Source: Elsinoe ampelina (lineage: Eukaryota). From it: a stretch of 64,000 bases of DNA. A program made the translations under genes and the position numbers. Of this stretch, positions 60,986 to 64,000 are shown one piece after another. The notes under the pieces were generated by a model, which worked only from the letters and a program-made list of their open reading frames with translations, had not been told where the DNA came from and did no database searches. Location: the NCBI GenBank assembly GCA_010093995.1, contig ML992517.1:324677-388676 (forward strand), written 5' to 3'. Numbering within the stretch: position 1 is the first letter of the stretch; the number at the start of each line of letters is the position of its first letter.

Positions 60986-62179
60986 TCAACCAGGCACTAA
61001 GCCCATCACCACGTCCTCCCTCCCCATGTCCACCGCGGCGCTGACCTCTACAAAGTCCTCCAACTCCTCACTCACCGTCTTCAGCTTCTCCTTGACACTC
61101 GCCACCCCTTCATGCCCCACGATATGCCTCGAAGGAGGATTATCATGCCCCCCAATCGCCGCAACCGCATACACCGTCTCTGCCACCAACCTCTCCTTCA
61201 ACCCCTTCCCGAGTTGCGGCACCACCTCACTAATCCTATTCTGATGCAGTAGATCTCCCGTCGACGGCCCGGCTGCACCCGTACTACTCCCCTCATCCGT
61301 CCCCTCGGTCCCCTCCCTGCCCCTCCCCACCCCCTCCAACCGATCCAACAACCCGGACAAAATATCCCTAAACAACGGCGCCTGATTCACCTCCCCAGCA
61401 TACGCCCCCAAAGGCGGCGCCCCCACGATTTTATTCGTCAACACGCCGACCTCCACATTCGGCTGCACAATCGTCGTGCGAATATTAAACGGCGCGACCT
61501 CATACGCCAAAGAATCACAATACCCCTCCACAGCCCACTGACTCGCACAATAAATCCCCAACCCAGGCGTACCCAAATGGCCCGTGATCCCCGTGAGCAC
61601 CACAATATGCCCGTTCCGCTTGGCGCGAAAACCCGGCAACACAGCCTTGATGACGTTCACCGCCCCGAAGAAATTCACCTCGAACTGCTCGCGCACCAAC
61701 GTCCTGGCCAGCGGCGCGCCGCCGCCGCCGCCCAGCTCCTCCACCGCCCCGACCACGCAGTGCGACGCGCACGAGAACAGGATGTCGATGCGCCCGAACG
61801 ACGCCGTCCCCGTCGCGATGGCGGATTGGCACGAGCTCATGTTGCGCACGTCGAGGGGGACGGGGAGGAGGCGGGGTTTCCATGTGGTTTTGGCCGGGGT
61901 GGATGCGATTTCGGCCAGGAAGAGGCGGAAGGGGGAGGTCGCGGTGGAGAGCTCCGCGGGGCCAAGTCCCGCGATGATGTAGTCCCCGTGGGCGAGCAGG
62001 TGGCGCGACAGCGAGATGCCGATGGGTGAGGAGGCGCAGGTGAGGAACCACACTCGGGGCGCGTTGTGGGCGGGGAATTTGGGGACGCGGGGGGGTTTGA
62101 GGTCGGGTTCGGTGGCGGGAGGGGCCGAGGGAGGGGGAGAGGGAGGGGGGTGGGAGAGGGGGGAGGTGGGGGTTGCCAT
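60986..62179 (-). CDS. Short-chain dehydrogenase/reductase, atypical
   Basis: VWFLTCASSPIG, LDVR, FGRIDIL, QFEVNFFG, YCASQWAVEG. Confidence 0.85.
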   Translation of the reverse strand: MATPTSPLSHPPPSPPPSAPPATEPDLKPPRVPKFPAHNAPRVWFLTCASSPIGISLSRHLLAHGDYIIAGLGPAELSTATSPFRLFLAEIASTPAKTTWKPRLLPVPLDVRNMSSCQSAIATGTASFGRIDILFSCASHCVVGAVEELGGGGGAPLARTLVREQFEVNFFGAVNVIKAVLPGFRAKRNGHIVVLTGITGHLGTPGLGIYCASQWAVEGYCDSLAYEVAPFNIRTTIVQPNVEVGVLTNKIVGAPPLGAYAGEVNQAPLFRDILSGLLDRLEGVGRGREGTEGTDEGSSTGAAGPSTGDLLHQNRISEVVPQLGKGLKERLVAETVYAVAAIGGHDNPPSRHIVGHEGVASVKEKLKTVSEELEDFVEVSAAVDMGREDVVMGLVPG

Positions 62180-62747
62180 TGGGAGGGTAGGGCGGAGGTG
62201 TTGCGGGGATGGTGTTTAGTCGGTCAGGAAGTGGTGGTGAGCTTGTTACGTACGCATCGTGAGAGCGATTGATGTTATGCAAGTCGTCTGTTAGGTTGTA
62301 TCCGAATTGAGACCAGAACTTTGGGACGAGATTACCGATCTATGTTGTCCGGGACAAATTCCAGAGTCGCGGCAGGTAGTGGGATTGATACTGCAACATT
62401 TCAGCACTTGAAACATCCGATCATCGTCACTTGAGTGTTGCGGCTTGAGATAAACGTGAATGGTCAATCAAGTGCCGAAGTCAAAGGTCGTCGAACAAAA
62501 TGGCGGGGCAAAGACCAGAAATTTGTGGGGTGAACCAGCATCAATTGCCGGACCTTGCACGTGACCAGCGGCAAATGTCAACCGAGGTATAACAGATGTC
62601 ATCTCCATTCGCAGACTTGGGTATCTAATCATTTCTGCTGGCTTGTCGTGCTGTATCATGCTCCCTACCAGCTGCTATGCCTCCCGCAGCTTCCGACCAG
62701 GTGCAGTCGATCTGCCCTGGCCAACTGTTGCTCGAAACAAAAGTGTC

Positions 62748-63878
62748 TCATGACGCCTCAGGCGAAGCCATCGCACTCGGCGTCCCCACCACCGAAGTCG
62801 ATGTCGGGCTGGTCGCAGCTTTACTCTTTCTCCTCTTCTTCCCATCAGCCTTGCTCCCTTTCCTCTTCGCCGCCCCTGGGGCTGGCGCTGGTGTATCGTC
62901 CTTCATCTTCGTGCTAAATGCCGCAGGCACCGCAGCCTTTGCCTTTTCCGCTGCTTCCTTCTCCTTTGCTTTTGCGGCCGCCGCTTCCGCCTGCGCTTGT
63001 CGGACTCGCAAGTGGTCTTTGGTGTGCGTGAAGACAAAGTTCCCAGGTTCGCCGCGTAGGGGGTTCTCGTCCATGTATTCGTCTCCGTGAGCGAGGGCCA
63101 GACGGAGTGAGTGTTCGAGAAGGAGAGCATCGCGGGGGTCGAAGTCGGCTTGGGTGCTCATCGCACCGGCGGCGGAGGAGGAGCGGGCGCTGGGCTCGGC
63201 GGAGGTGGCGCGTTGGGAAGCTGACTGATCTGGTCCGACGCTGCCTTCGCGGCTGAATGTGGTGGACGGAGCTTTGCTAGACTTGCTGGCTGTGGGAGGG
63301 AACCAAGTATAGCCTGTAGCCGGGTTGAAGATGGGCAGGGGTGCGGCCTGGTCCATGAATTTGCTGAGCGATGTCATGGCCGAGAGTAGATGATTTCCCA
63401 CCACGTCGTAGACTGACGGCGATTGGTAAATGTTTTGTCCTGCAACATAGTACGTCCCGAGCGTGGTCAATTGGTCCTCCCGTGGTGGCCGCTTGACTCG
63501 ATCCTGCTTCCGTATCACATACACTCCCGTATCTGGTCCTTGTGACTGATCTTGCACTGGCTGTGGATCTCCAACGATCATGTACTCTGTGCCCGGTCTC
63601 TGTCGCAGCGTTGCTTCCAATCGTTGCCGGTCCGAGTAGAGCATCAGTGTGTTAGGATCGTTCATCGCCTGACCCCAGAGAACGCCATTCTTCGTCGTGT
63701 GATCGAAGAAAGGGGACTCGCTGAAGTAGCCATGTACTGAGAATGATCAGCTTAAAGTTCTGTCACTGGTACCGCTTGACTGACCACTGTTCGGGTGGAC
63801 TCCTTGCCAGTACTGCAGCACGGCGGGGTTGGAGAACTGGATCTCGTCGAGCGCGGCATTGTCCTGAGCTGAGCCCAT
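62748..63878 (-). CDS. MED6: Mediator subunit 6
   Basis: LDEIQF..P..GVHPNS|VHGYFSESPFFD, GTEYMIV, VYVIRKQ, TYYVAGQNIYQSPSVYDV; one intron ~63737-63784. Confidence 0.88.
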
Positions 63879-64000
63879 GGTGAATTTGATGCGCGCTTCC
63901 CAGCGCCAGAGATATGTTATCGCATTGAGTGAGGTGGGTGTGAATGACAAGAAGCAGAGTCGTATACAGCTGGAGCAGCTTTCGAGGTGATGGCTGCTGT

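Overview
Filamentous ascomycete (Pezizomycotina) genomic window: spliceosomal introns plus large AT-rich blocks with the CpA->TpA signature of repeat-induced point mutation (RIP). (1) 1-8070: RIP-destroyed mobile DNA, comprising a RecQ-like helicase relic, a copia-like LTR relic and a hAT-like terminus. (2) 8070-17620: un-RIPed island with an orphan coiled-coil ORF and an intronless 2108-aa protein combining AT-hook, Ulp1/C48 SUMO-protease, winged-helix-like, serine-recombinase(resolvase)-like, GATA-like Zn finger and 4-5 Myb/HTH repeats, bracketed by two copies of a ~200-bp LTR-like repeat. (3) 18.3-24.7 kb: housekeeping genes (Rab11/Ypt3, putative cyclase, GST, Hook). (4) 27.1-57.4 kb: secondary-metabolite cluster (Zn2Cys6 TF, P450, AhpD/CMD-like, MFS, 2-enoyl-thioester reductase, O-methyltransferase, C-A-T-C-A-T-C NRPS whose first A domain lacks the amino-binding Asp and looks SidE/fumarate-like). 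The cluster is split by a 12.5-kb nested transposon block (copia LTR element with 5-bp TSD containing a complete hAT with 8-bp TSD and gypsy-like pieces; two N gaps) inserted in a divergent promoter. (5) 58-64 kb: F-box-like gene, atypical SDR, MED6. Domain calls are by eye from motifs, not from database searches.
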